From Eledone cirrhosa (taxonomy: Eukaryota), in assembly GCA_964016885.1 (NCBI GenBank), contig OZ024742.1, forward strand, positions 62,248,001-62,312,000: a stretch of 64,000 nucleotides of DNA. Direction: 5' to 3'. Of the stretch, positions 1 through 13,973 are shown one piece after another. The first letter of the stretch is position 1, and each line of letters starts with the position of its first letter. The notes under the pieces were generated by a model. It was not told the origin of the DNA. It saw nothing but the letters and a program-made list of their open reading frames with translations, and searched no databases. The translations under genes were made by a program, and so were the position numbers.

Positions 1-320
1 TTAACCGCCAATAGATTCAAGCAGCGTCTTTACATGCACACCAATTCTTTTCTTAACTCTTTAAGACGTCACTTTCAGCTTATATCTAGAGTCTAAAAGA
101 CAACCGCACCCAATATAGGTTACACTGGGAGATCCTAGCTAAAGATAGATCGTATACCGGAAATAAAAGACCATGTGATCTTTGCGCCGCGGAAGCCCTG
201 GAAATACTCTACGCTAATGATCACTTCTTAAACAAAAAATCTGAGGCAATTTCGGCTTGTAAACACAAATTGCATAACACTTTCCTGTATTACAGCCCCA
301 CATTATACCCTAACAGATAG
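1..320 (+). mobile_element. Penelope-like element, C-terminal GIY-YIG endonuclease remnant (Naiad-like motifs)
   Basis: Manual translation: ...FKQRLYMHTNSF... and LHWEILAK...CDLCAAE...FLNKKSEAISACKH, matching the W..CxxCxxE..LNKxxE..CxH end of the PLE ORF at 13974-14711. Confidence 0.75.
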
Positions 321-997
321 TATGAACAATACGCGGATAATTTACGTCTTGATGTGGTAGCTAAGTATATTTTATGTTTATACTATTACTTATTTGTATA
401 GGTAAGTATAACTTACCCGTATGTTTTGTGGAGGTACGTATACTTTCACGTACGTATATATGCTTGTATTTGTTATAGGTGTATATATTATACACTGGTA
501 TGCGTGTATATGGTTATGAATATATGTGTATTTCGTGTTTGTGCGTGTATATTTGTATGCCTGTATGCGTGTTTGCACGTATGTAAGGTGTGTTTATGTG
601 TATATTAGGTTTTGGTATATGTATGTTGGTGAACATATGTGTATTTACCTGTAGGTATGTGTGTATGTGCGTTATATACATATTTATGTGTGTATACTTA
701 TATACGTTTATATAATTATATGTATACATACACACACACATAAACACACACACATACATATATTTTTATATGTGTATTCGGTGTATACGTCCATATGTGT
801 GCGGGTACATGTGTTGCGCGGGTTTACGTACGTGTGCGCATGTTTATGTGTACGTGTATGTATATGCATGCATGGCGTGTATTTTCGCGTATGCACGTGT
901 ATGTACGTATATAGATGTTTGTATGTATATATTTATTATTACTTTTATGATTTTAATAACCTCTGTCATTTTCGTTCTACTAATTCATTTAAATTAT

Positions 998-1174
998 TGG
1001 CAGTATCGGTAGAGGGTCGGACGCCATGCTTTCTAGCATAGTTACGTCTCTTTACGGTCTGAGTTCAAATCCCCTCGAGGTTAACTTTGCCTTTCATCCT
1101 TACGGGGTCGATAAAATAAAGTACCAGTAATGTACTGAGTAATTGCTGGCCTTGTGCCAAAAGTAGAAACAATT
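998..1174 (+). mobile_element. tRNA-derived SINE (abundant family in this window)
   Basis: A-box-like TGGCAGTATCGG and B-box GAGTTCAAATCC; near-identical copies at 11900, 19560(-), 39021(-), 47321(-) and 61676. Confidence 0.85.
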
Positions 1175-1489
1175 ATTCTTAACTCCGAAGCCGAGAATCA
1201 TTCGGTTTCCTAAATAGAATATTAGTCTAATGACTAATACCATAAACGTGGTTTTGTCTTTGCGTGTATTTGTTCTCACGCTCCACATAACAACATATTA
1301 TCTTTTTACCGTTCATTGCCAGGGAGCGTCTTTACGAACCAAAATATCGTCTTCCTGTTTTCCTTCGGTTGCAACGTTTTTCGAAATATTTACTTCTTCG
1401 TTCACAGATTGATTTTTTTAGTTTCAGAAGATCCCATTAAGTAGCGATTCTTTGCTTAAACTTTAATCTGTTATTTTAATATATATATA

Positions 1490-2392
1490 AACAGTTGACA
1501 GCTTCTGCTACCTAGATGACTGAATTAGCAGTGGAGGTGGGTGTTCTGAGAGTACAGTAGTCAAGGTAAGTACGGGATGGAAGTTCAGGGAGGTACTACC
1601 ACTACTAGCTGCGAAAGAATTTTCCCTCAAAATTAAAGGCAGACTGTATGCTGCGTGCATACGAACAACAATGTTACATGGTAGTGAGACCTGGGCGTTG
1701 TGTGAAGAAGACTTGTTTAAATTAGAAAGAAACAAAGCTTACATGCTCTGATGGATGTATAATAGTAATATACGCAAACGGCAAAGCATAATCGAATTGA
1801 GAGAGAGGAGGACTAAGCATAAGAGGAATCAAATGCTGTGTGCAGGAGAGGAGGTTGCGTTGGTATGGACATGTGGTGCGCATGAAGGATGACAGTTGCA
1901 TAAAATGGTGCAGAGCACTAAATGTCAATGGAAGCCTTGGAGTGGGAAGACCCAAGAAGACCTGGCATGAGGTGATAAAAGCTTACCTTGCCCAGTTGTA
2001 CCTCTCAAAGTCGATGACACAGGACCGAGACCTCTGGCGTTAGGCAGTAATACAGAAGACGCGACTTCCCATGGGTACAAGCCGAGGCTGAAGCATATAG
2101 ACAGTATGCCCCCTCTCCTTCCATTGTAAAGTGGTCGTGTAGGCGCCACAATAAAAAAAAAGCAAACAGTACTCACTGTAAATGAGGTTGGTGTTAGGAA
2201 GGGCATCCAGCTGTAGAAATCGAGCCCATATACTACACATACATTCATGTATACATTGCCATTTCATAGCACCCAAATTATTTCCGTATGAGCAAGACAC
2301 CTGACCTGGCATGGCCCACGACAGGACAACACGTCTAACCATGTTAGCATGGAAGAATGGACGTAAAACGGTGATGATGATGATGATGATGA
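1490..2392 (+). mobile_element. RTE-clade LINE 3' fragment with (GAT)n tail
   Basis: MLHGSETW, RRLRWYGHVVRM and GRPKKTW motifs; 3' end catggaa..ggacgtaaaac(gat)n. Confidence 0.8.
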
Positions 2393-2617
2393 TATATATA
2401 TATAATAAATGTAATCCGAGTTTTTCGAATATAAATAATAATGTTCGATTCGTTTGCAATTATGCAACCAGCCCCTTTTAAGCAATGTCAGTAGAATGAG
2501 CACCTCATTCATGCTCTTGTGTTGGCATGTAAACAGAACTGCAGAGCTCGGTGATTACCCTCCATCAGTGCAGTTTACTATTCACTTGCCAACTGTCAGA
2601 GCTAGTTAAAATATATA

Positions 2618-2865
2618 TTTTCCAAAATATACAGTAACTGATTGGCCTGATTTGCATATTAGCAGACTGGTCAATCAGTCTGATCTGCATATTAGCAGAT
2701 CCACAGATCAGCCAGATTTGCATATCAGCAGATAGATATACATGAAGCCGACTGGCCTATCTGCTTATATGCAAATCTGGCTGATCAGTGGATCTGCTAA
2801 TATGCAGATCTGACTGATCAACCAGTCTGCTAATATGCAAATCAGTCACTGTATATTTTAGAAAA
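2618..2865. repeat. Fold-back / MITE-like palindrome made of ~33-bp subrepeats
   Basis: Left arm (aaaatatacagt...gatttgcatattagcaga x3) is the reverse complement of the right arm; short central spacer. Confidence 0.8.
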
Positions 2866-2883
2866 AAAAAAAAAATATTTACA

Positions 2884-3435
2884 CAGTAATCCCCCACTAC
2901 ATCGCGGTTCACTCTTCACGGCCTCGCTACATTGCAGATTTTTCTTTGGAACGTATCTTATTTCCTATCACGGTAATCCTCGCTACATCGTGGATTTTTC
3001 GTTAGAAAATATCTATTTTCTTATCACGGTACGTATGTCTGAGTAAAAAGAGTTTAAAATTTAAACTTATTAAATAAGTTTCGATGTGATTGAAGTAACT
3101 GAAAAGGCTTTAACTATAAAAATGTTTCTATTCTTCATTCCATTACTATTTTACTGATTGTGTTTTTCTCTAATCTACTACAAACCCATCATAGATTGCC
3201 TGGAGATGTGCAGTATATTACCAAGAGTCTAACATGACTGGTAATGGTCGTCATTGGTAATTAGTGGTATGATGGTTGGTGATAGTTTCTATAAGATCGT
3301 TGCTGGCTGTTTATGGTGTTTAAATACAAAAGTGTGTTTATATGAACTTATAGCGTATAGGAGAGGTATTTTAAGACTTAAACTATGAAAACAATGGTTG
3401 TCTTTATGGTTTCTTTATATCGCGGATTCTATTTT
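2884..3435. mobile_element. Non-autonomous pogo/Tigger-like DNA transposon remnant
   Basis: Terminus CAGTAATCCCCCACTACATCGCGGTTCA with internal (a/t)tcgcgga subrepeats; second TIR not seen. Confidence 0.45.
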
Positions 3436-3636
3436 AATACGGTGTTGTATGATATGAGGGAAACGTGGGCTCTAATTTTAGCAGATCAAGTAACTACACA
3501 ATGGTCTATTTGTTGTCTTGAGAAGCTTTCTTGTTTGTTTGTTATTTATAAATGTTTATACATGTTGATATATCAGACTTGATATAACTGTTAATGTTAT
3601 TCTCACATCACTGATTGTTGTAATTGTTTATTTCAG

Positions 3637-3794
3637 GTAAAAGTGGTTCTTGAAAAAAACAAAACTGAGGTTGTGACAATTACCTTCAATGGAACAGGTT
3701 CAGACAATAATAACTGGTTTAAAAAAGATAGAGTTCTACATTTCCCATGGAACGACTTTAATGCTGGCTTTGATGAGTTCAAGATGAATTATGG
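3637..3794 (+). CDS. Internal coding exon, gene copy 1 (PAN-like + uncharacterised domain protein): VKVVLEKNKTEVVTITFNGTGSDNNNWFKKDRVLHFPWNDFNAGFDEFKMNYG
   Basis: tttcag acceptor, gtatgt donor, 158 nt, phase 0 to 2; paralogous to 54208-54365; joins in frame to exon 17350. Confidence 0.85.
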
Positions 3795-3859
3795 GTATGT
3801 CTGTTTTAAATGGCTCATTGATACATTTTACTAATGATCATGTGCATATGAAGTGGATG

Positions 3860-3929
<70 letters not shown>

Positions 3930-4189
3930 TCACAAACACACAAACAGATATTTATATAGGTGTATAGATATGTGTATGACATCATGAGCAAATGTTTTCC
4001 ACTAAAATCTTGGGTTGTCCAATGTCAAAACGTTTTGAGCAGAATTTCTCAGATCAACTAAATCAAGTTAGTATCGTAGAAATGGTCTAGTAAAAGAATA
4101 AAAGACAGTACCTTCTGCTTTCACACACCAATACGTATCCTCATACACCATCAATCTCAATTCGCTACTCTAAAAACCATCTAATGACT

Positions 4190-7150
4190 TCACGGGGCAG
4201 ACATGGACTCTGCATGCTGTAGTGAAGGCAACGCGCTAGAAGAGCAGTGACTCCGATTAATATCAACTGCACGAGGCAGACATGGATCCCGTAAGCCATA
4301 ATGAAGGCAAGTGGTCTAGGAGAGTAGACACTAAAAATAAAACTGAAACATAGTGGAGAGGACTCTAATCTGGTAAAATAGTCTCTCTAGTGCAAGTGGC
4401 ACGAACAATGCGGTCCAGTCCATGCTGTAAAGTGATTGGTGATAGGAAGAGCATCCAGGCAATAACGTCCAGCCCAAATCATGGAATGCAAGACAAATAA
4501 TATTTCCACTAGTTGCAAACAAAAGGCTAACACTAGTCATGTTAGTGCTGTGCATAGTAGTGGGATGGCTAGAGCAGCCATGTGTGAGACCCATTCAACA
4601 GTCATCAAGCAATCATACAACCACTTTCCCTTTCAGGTAAATAGAACCTCTAACCAAAGAAGTAACAGCAACTATCAATGCAAAAATCTCAGGACTGCCA
4701 CCCTCAATGTTGGTATCCTGATCAAGTGAAATTGTGGTACTATTAGAGAGAAGAAGAGTAGATGTATACTGTGTACAAGAAATGAGACTGCGGGGTGCCT
4801 CAGTGAGACTAATTACAGGCAAACAATTTAGATATAAACTCTACTGCATAGGAAATGGCAATGGGTTAGGAGGTGCAGACATCCTACTAGCAGAGAAATG
4901 GACAGATAAGGTGATAGAGGTAGTCAGAGTAAGTGACAGAATCATTAAGCTTAGATTAACTGTAGGAAATAGAATGGTACAATTACATCTACCAATGCTC
5001 CACAGGCAGTACTTGAGTAAAGAACAAAAGGTCAGGTTCTATGAGGAACTTTTGCAAACAACTTCAGGTATTGATGAAAGAGACCTCATCATCATAGCAG
5101 GCGACATTAATGGACTTGTGGGACAGTACCATGATGGATTCAGCAGAGTTCATGGCGACTATGGTTATGGTTCATGGAATGAAGAGGGCCTGAGATTCCT
5201 GGAATTCTGTGATGCAAATGAACTAACAATCTGCAACATAAATTTTAGGAAACCAGCCAAACACCTGATTTCATATCAATCTAGTGAAAACACAAACCAA
5301 ATTTATTACATTCTTGTTAGACAACAATAAATACTAAGGCCTTTCCTGGGGAAGAATGCACTGCCCAGCAAAAGTTATTTATTAGTGACATCAAAATAAA
5401 CAATAGACAGAACAAGTCATGCAGAAAATATGGAAACGGAGGGTGTGGAAGCCAAATGACCTCTCGGTTAAATATATGTTTAGAAAGGCCCTACAGGATG
5501 TACTTGATGAGAGGGATGATGAGCTAAATACATAAAACATTGAGGACAACTGGGAATTCTTATGCGAAAACATTTTGTGAACTACTGGCGAGAATTGTAG
5601 CTGGAGTAAAGCACCAGCCAGACTGAGCGTGACCTTGTGGTGGAACAGCACAGTTGAGGCAGCCATTAAAGCCAAGAGACAGGCATGGAAATACTGGAAA
5701 AATGGGGGTATAGGAAACTGGTACCAAGTAGCTAAGAATAAAGTTAGGCAACAAGTATACTCAGCTCAGAGAGAGGATGAAAAATTTAAATTTACCAATG
5801 TCTTGAGACATGAGGGTTAGAGGTGTGCAAGGCTGTGTGTTAGTGTGAATCGAGATGTTGGAGGAAAATGTGTTAGAAATGGTGCTGGTGCACTTAGCAC
5901 CACAGATACCTAAATGAAAGAGGCATGGAAATGTTACTATGAGAGATTAATGAAGGTTGAGAATGAATGGGAGGAAGAGAAACTACCTCCAACTTATCCA
6001 AAGGAAGGACCAGCTATTGAAGTTGGTAGTTTTAGGGTCAAAGCCACAATCAATGAGATGAAAAATGGTAAAGCTGCAGGATCATCAGAAATAGTTGCTG
6101 AGATGCTGAAAGCATCATGAGAAATAGGAGTCAAAATAGTAACCCCTATAGTAATCAAGTAACACATGATGCAGTTATACCCAATGACTGGTGCAACAGT
6201 ACAATTATAAATTGCTACAAGGGAAATGGTGATGCTCTAGAAAAGAGCAGCGATAGAGGAATAAAACTAACGGACCCATTTATGAAAGTGAAGGAAGAGT
6301 TATAACACAGCTAATTAGGGGATGAGTGAAAATACATGAGATGCAGTTTGGGAATACATGAGATGCATGCCTGGGAAAAGTACTACAGATGCACTCTTCT
6401 TAGTGAGGTAATTACGAGAGAAGTTCCTAGTCAAAACTAAATCTCTACATTAAGCTGTTGTTGATCTAGATAAGGCCTTTGACAGAGTTCCTAAATCTAT
6501 TATCTGGTGGTCCTTAAAGAAATTGCTTGTGAGAGTAGTGCAACCAATGTACAGAGGAGCTATCAGTAAGGTGAGAGTAGGAACTGAGTTTATCGAGGGA
6601 TTCAAAGTACAGGTAGGAATTCATCAGGGTTCAGTTCTTAGCCAACTGCTGCTCAACATGTTTCTTCAGGCCATAACTGAGGTGTTTAAAACGGACTGCC
6701 CATGTGAGATTCTCTATGCAGATGATTTGGTCCTTATAGCTGAAACCAAAGAAGAGCTAGAAAATAAATTCAGATTATAGAAACCGAATTTGGAATTTAA
6801 AAAAGGCTTGAGGGTAAAGTTAACCAAAACTAAATTGCTAGTGAAGACAGGGCTCAGATTCCCCCAGGGAAGTGGCCATGTTTACATAATGTAAATCTTG
6901 GGTACACAAAAGATGTAGTGCGATAAGGAATGGACTAAAAGGAAAGTAGGTTGTGAGAGCGAACCTCTCAACGCTAAGTCTGGCAGAGGATATGATGAAG
7001 AAATGTGACAACTGGAGAGAGACCGTGCTAAGTAGGACCCATCTAACCTATGCAAGCATGGAAAAGCGGACGTAAAAACTATGATGATGAGGAGGATGAT
7101 GATGATGACGGTGATGGTGATGATGATGATGAGGATTATGATGATGATGA
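4190..7150 (+). mobile_element. Near full-length decayed RTE-clade LINE (APE endonuclease + RT)
   Basis: TLNVG, CVQE and IIAGDING (endonuclease); GKAAG, HQGSVLS and LYADDLVL (RT); many stops and frameshifts; (GAT)n tail. Confidence 0.9.
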
Positions 7151-7507
7151 TTAATTTAGTAACTATTTAATTGAGTAAAACTTGTCACCGATGGACACTC
7201 TTATGTATGCCTATGTATAGGCATAAATGAACTGCATTATCTTGTAGACCTGTTACTCGTCACCAGTTTACCTTTTGCTACCCTTCTGCTGGCCTTCTAC
7301 CACGCGATATTTTTCCCATTCAAAATTATCACTGGTAACAATCACTCGAAGGATTTTTTTTATTGAATTGAGAAGTTCTCTGAGGAGCTGTGATGTCTCA
7401 CAGTGAAGGATATCCTAATCTATTGGAATATCCAAGTTACAGCTTGCCCAGTGAAACTGCAGTTGTCGAAGTAAATTTGCAATTTTTTATCTTGTTTGTT
7501 TTATCCA

Positions 7508-7679
<172 letters not shown>

Positions 7680-7686
7680 TATATTA

Positions 7687-9330
7687 TTAATTCATATTTA
7701 TACACGGAACAAATGCGCTACCCCATGTTTCAAGGTCCAAACTCGACCATACCTCCAGAATACAAGAGGCATCAAATCCACTTATACAAGTTGATAAGAT
7801 ACCATTAAATGTAGTTTGTAAAAACACGTGTTTACGAAAAAAGATTAATATAACAAGGAGGAATAACTCCAAGATACAAATTTGTAATTTGAGATCGACC
7901 CCGTGTTTGTATTTTTATACTATAGAAGAAGTATTGTATTATGTAGTGGAACGTAATTTAGAGATGCTAATATTTATCAAGGTATGGGGTAGAGTACAAA
8001 AGAAAGTGTATTGTATTGTGCAAGAGTGAAAAGAGAAAGAAACAGAAAGAAAAGTTATAACGGAAGCATATAAATCGAATTAAGGTTGTTGAAAATCAGT
8101 GGAGTTTGTTGAGTATTTTCACTTAGCAAGATTCCTGATGGAGTAAAGATGCGTGTAAAAACGTTGTTTAAAACAATCTTGACCATACTGACGTATTCTT
8201 CGCTAATTTCAGAATTTTCTGTGTTGTGTGTAATTTCTGCCTTATACACAACGGATTTGATATTACATTTCTGTTGGAGAGAACAGTTCTGTTTAATCAT
8301 ACAAGAGCAGGTTATCATCAGGTACATATTTTGCAGTAATTTATGATATCATAGACGGGCCACAGGAATAGGATATCTTGACGGTATTACGATTGAATAT
8401 TTTACTACATCTAACTTTTGGTGGGAAATCTCTATCTATTAAATCTAAAAAACTTACTTACATTAGTCTTTAATTTAAGGGAACAGTGGGGTCGGACCTG
8501 ATAATTTTTCTATTAGTATTTTTAGTATGGTTTGATGTGAAATGATTGCGTGTGTACTTAATTGTGTCCGTAAAATATATAATCTAGGAGGGCTTGATTG
8601 TAATAAGGTTCAGCCTTATTAAAAATCTCCCTCGTTGCTGATAGATTTAATATCCTACGACTTATGTCAGATACTGAATTTTCAAAAAAACAGCAAGGGA
8701 TGGAAAGAAGCTTTTGAATATATTTCAATTTTTCGTTTGGCTTATGGAATGGTTTATACGAAGTTGTTGTTAGGTCTAATTCCACATCTAGGAAATTTGC
8801 ATTGGTAAGATATATATTAACCATAATTTTAAGTCCTAGTGTATTAAACGTGTGAATTAAATGTTTATGGAATCTGTCCAGAGTGTGCCCGTAACAATCT
8901 TATGAAAACAAAAGACCATCTTCATGATACAGACCAAAGGAATGCCTGGGGAATTTAAACTTTAGCATTTGAAAAATGTATAAACCTATAAGATTACAAA
9001 CATCCGCACTGTCATAGGACCCCATGGAGACATCAAAAGTATTACCAGGGTCATTTTTTTACCCCAGTATTACCGTTACTAAATTGGTGGGTTCTATGGG
9101 CGTGGAATATACGGTCATATTCCATGTCGCTGATATACATGGAAGAATGAACGAAGTCTTAAGAGTTATTAAGAAGGGTTCTAGAAATGGAGGGATAAAA
9201 ATCGATGATATCAAACTGTGTGAATTTGAGTAGCGCCTTTGATCCGTGTATGAACATAAATAAATAATATATTTCTGCTCTCTCCCGATTCAGCAGTTTT
9301 CCTTTTTTCTTTTCACACCTACGGATATTG
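7687..9330 (-). mobile_element. Decayed Penelope-like element (RT + GIY-YIG) ending at a (TA)n tract
   Basis: QFDIIDFYPSI, MGSYDSA, NFLDVELDL..YKPFHKPN, CSC..CSL..C..VVYKA motifs in broken frames. Confidence 0.8.
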
Positions 9331-9348
9331 TTACACACACACACACGC

Positions 9349-9413
<65 letters not shown>

Positions 9414-10300
9414 AATATATATATATATATTCCTCCCTCTTTTCCACTAGCACTCCTCAGAAGCCAGTAGCTATCCTCACTATTCCACCCTAGAAGCTAC
9501 TCTCTTTACCCCTTCTGCATACACCCACACTACCAACACTTACCTATCTCTCTATCCCTAGCCTGACCACTCTGACGACCATACGACCCAAACTATTGCA
9601 CCCCCTCTCCACATTCATTAATTCCCTCCTTTCCCCTTACTCATTGCCCTGCCAACTAACCACACACACACGTATTACTTCATGCCTATTTCCCTCTCCT
9701 ATATCCTCACATCCTCACAACAAAGAGAGTCCTTCAGTTGAGTCTATGACCTCCAATATCTCGAGTGACGCTGTCACAACAATGCACTCGGTGCGCTACT
9801 TAAGGGTGGTTGGCTACATGGATGGTGGTACCTTGCTGTAGAAATCATGCCTTAAAGGGTTGAGAGGATCCTTCACTTGTGTCAAAGACACTACAATCTC
9901 TCTATTACTGGTGATCTACACGAGAAATGTACCAGGTCATGCTGTAATGTGGTTGGTGATGTGAAGGGCATCCAGTTATATATAGCTGGTGGCTGGTGAT
10001 CTACACAATAAAAGCATCCAATACATGCTGCTTAGTGGTTGGTGTAAGGAAGGGCAACCAGCCGTAGAAAGCTTGCTAAACAACAGGCTGAAAGGACTCT
10101 TCATCTTGTATCAAAAGACATGGCAACCACTCTTGTGCACTCGATAGAACCTATGACTATAAGTAAGTGAGTTTACAGTCCCCTCCCCCAGCTGTTTAAG
10201 AGATCAGTCGCCTCGCACCAGTATTAACTTGGTCTGTATAGACCTGTCCAACCATTGATAGCAGGGAAAGCTGATGTGAAACAATGATGATGATGTTGAT

Positions 10301-10541
<241 letters not shown>

Positions 10542-11899
10542 TTTATAAATAACAACCAAAGAGTGTTTAATAACATTTAATTACTAACGATCGTTTCATC
10601 CAAGGGCAATTCATGACCATCGGAGTATAAATTAAAAGTTATAACACAGATAACTTTGTCAAAGTGAATTCAGGGGATACCGAATATGGGAAGAAAGCAA
10701 TAATAATAGATATTACCATTGATATAAGAGAGGAAATCATGAAGCACATGAAAAGTATGATCATATCAATATGATTAAGAATCAGTAGTTAGAGGCATTA
10801 AAAAACTTAAAAACAAGCTGGTATAGGACAGGGTAACAGCATCGCGTGCTTCGACCAGCGTCATCACAAGTAACTAAAAGTTACCCACCTAATAACCTTA
10901 ACTCCGACCTATATTACCCATTATATAAGATTAATGAAAACCTAAATTATGTCAGCTTCTACTCAAACCACCCTAGAAACGTTAAAAAAGCTATAGTCAA
11001 TAGTGTCCAGCAAAGAATCTCTAGACTCTCAGCTAATAAAAATATATTTGATAACAAAGCGGAATATTATAATGACGGTCTACACAGAGCTGGATACACT
11101 AATAAAATTAATTACATAGATAGGAATAGTAAAAACCAACCCCCTAAAACATATAACAATAAACCACTTAACCAAAATAATAAATCAAATAGAAAAGCCA
11201 GAACGAGAAATATAATTTGGTATTCACCTCCAGTATCCTTAGGAACTAAGACACCTTTAGCACACCAATTCTTTAAAGCTCTAGATAAATATTTTCTGAA
11301 GTCCCACAATTACCACTCCATTTCTAACAGACTTACACTCAAGCTCTCTTACTCTACAACTATGAATGTAGCCCAGAATATTACTAGAATTAATAATAGG
11401 AATTTAAAATTAAACCAAACTGAAGTAAACCCAAATAATAATAACAATATAATTAATAGCATTAGGTATAATTATAATAGCGTGTACATAAATAATAATA
11501 CGGTATCTTCAAATAACAATATAAGAAAATATAATTGCAGTAATAACATCTTATGCCCACTACAGAATAATTGCCTAGATAGAAATTTAATATATAAATG
11601 CACTATTAAAACTAGGGATAGAGGCCGTATAACTATATAGGAGCAACTTCTTCAAAATTTAAGGAGCGTTGGTATAATCACAAACATACTTTTAAACGAT
11701 CGGAAACATTCTCAACCTCACTATCACAACTAATTTGCTTTTTAAAAGACAATAACACTGACTATTCAATCATTGGAAAAAGAAAAATTACGGACGCTCA
11801 TGTTTACCGAATTTCGGCATTGTCACGCATTTTTCATCTTTGTATTGAGGAAATCTTTCATATAATTACCAGTCCTGATAATATTATTAAAAAAAAAGA

Positions 11900-12062
11900 G
11901 AGTCGGACGCCATGCTTTCCAACATAGTTACGTCCCTTTACGATCTGAGTTCAAATCCCACCGAGGTTGACTTTGCCTTTCATCCTTACGGGGTCGATAA
12001 TATAAAGTACCAGTAATGTACTGGGTAATTGCTGGCCTTGTGCCAAATGTAGAAACAATTAT
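11900..12062 (+). mobile_element. SINE copy (5'-truncated) inserted into the PLE
   Basis: Similarity to 998-1174. Confidence 0.85.
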
Positions 12063-13339
12063 TAAAAAAAAAGGAAATATTTAATTCTTCTTTGCATCGT
12101 TTCTCCAAGACATTTCACAATGTTTATAATTTATAGAACCTACTATATTATGGTCGATATAAGTTGCCTATTTACAATATAAATACAAATACTTTTAAAT
12201 TTAATACCTTGAAACATTTCTCATACAATGTAAAAAACTATTATCAAAACCATATTTACTATATGGTGCTCTGAAATCTTATATAAATTGTTAACTTATA
12301 ATATAAATTATAATTAATAATTATGGTAAACGTTACATGAAACAATATATCATTAAATGTTTATCGTGAGCAAACATGTAACACATTCTTAAAATACTTA
12401 ATCTTAGAGTTATCTCCCCAATCTTTTTGCTTACTCAGTCAAAATTCATATATACGATATATTTGAACTTACATAACTGTTTAAATATTATATTACTAAC
12501 CGTATACAATAATAGATTACACCACAATACTGTACATTTTTACTTAAGAAATATAATTAGTTTCACATTCTTAAAAAATATATGTAAAAAATACATATCT
12601 TTAGATACTTGATCTCTCTTACGTTCATTTATATATCTATGTATATATATACTTAAATACGATGTATATTCACGCATAATCACTTATGTACTGAATAATT
12701 ATTTATTATTTTAATTAAGGATATACAGTAATGGCTTATAATATACTACACTACATTATATACTACAAAGCATTATATTTCTCATGTAAAAACAATTATA
12801 TTTCTCATGTAAACATTATAATTACATTCATAGTATTAAAATATATGCTAAAAAATAAATACACTCCTATATATATGTGTAAATACGATGTATATTCAAT
12901 CAAATAAATATTGAGTTGTTGTAATTGCTTTAACTAACCATATAGAATAATAGCTTATAATTTACTACAATACTTTACGTTTCTCATGTCAGCATTATAA
13001 ATACATGCATATACTTAAAATATATATATAAAAAAATAAATACGTATAATTATGCCATTCCTTCCAAACTTATGTATATATCTTTGTGAGTATATATCTA
13101 TAACTAACTCTACCCTAAGTCTACATTAGCCTTTTCACCCTATAATAACAACCCCACAAACAATATAAACAAGGATTTTTTCAAAATTTATCAAGCGTCC
13201 AAATTTAACGGCTTTTTTCTGTTTTTAACGTACCCTCATTAACATATATCCGTGGGTTTTGAATTTTTCAATCACTATCTTCATTCTGCTTATACCAATA
13301 AGTTCACATGAAGATATGTCACTATCTTGATACCAAATA

Positions 13340-13399
13340 TATTTTATCTGACGAAAGCGTACTTAAATATTAGTACCCTTGAAATACGTATATTAAATA
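13340..13399 (+). ncRNA. Minimal type I hammerhead ribozyme
   Basis: tattttat-CTGACGA-stem II (aag.gtac...gtac.ctt)-GAAA-tacgta (palindromic stem III)-TA-ttaaata; stem I imperfect. Confidence 0.7.
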
Positions 13400-13438
13400 A
13401 ATATAGTTTTGTAAAATATTTTCCATTTATTAATATTG

Positions 13439-13530
<92 letters not shown>

Positions 13531-13570
13531 TTCAAAATATTAACAAAATAGATATTCTTGTGATCAAGTA

Positions 13571-13637
13571 TATTTTATTATACATATTTCAGAGGTACTG
13601 AGTTAAGTTCAACAGTACGTCCTCATCAGATAAAATA
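13571..13637 (-). ncRNA. Minimal hammerhead ribozyme in the 3' pseudo-LTR
   Basis: Minus strand: tattttat-CTGATGA-stem II-GAAA-tatgta-TA-ataaaata (8-bp stem I). Confidence 0.8.
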
Positions 13638-13973
13638 AGATGATGCATGACATACCCTGACATAGTAGATGGTTAAGATTCAGTCATGGTAGTGATTAAC
13701 ATATGACAAAACTCAATATTTATACCCTAATATACCGAACATGAGAAAAACATATAATACAAACAATAGAGGTTATGTATATAAATATCTAAAAAAAATC
13801 ATAAGGTATGCATATTTATCAAGTAAACAAGTTAACAAAAGAGTATCCTTCATTCTAACATTAATTCTATCATAAATGATTAGAAGATAAAGCATTATTA
13901 AAGTTTTATAAACCGTTATGACTTTTTAGGCCCAACAGTTGATAAGAGACGTCAAAAATTAAGGCCTGATTGT

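Larger units (their letters stand above)
10846..13440 (+). mobile_element. 5'-truncated Penelope-like element (thumb + GIY-YIG + long 3' region), close relative of 13528-17300
   Basis: ORF 10846-11640: YVSFYSNHP, IIWYSPP, KLSYST, NC...CPLQNNCLDRNLIYKC; frameshifted YIGAT; ends in an HHR and (TA)n. Confidence 0.85.

Noticed and set aside
390-1041. Overlapping Y/I/C/V/H/T-rich ORFs (also near 22.7-23.5k, 29.4-30k, 39.8-40.8k, 58.2-58.8k and 62k)
   Set aside because: Translations of (TA)n/(CA)n-type microsatellites that lack stop codons; not genes
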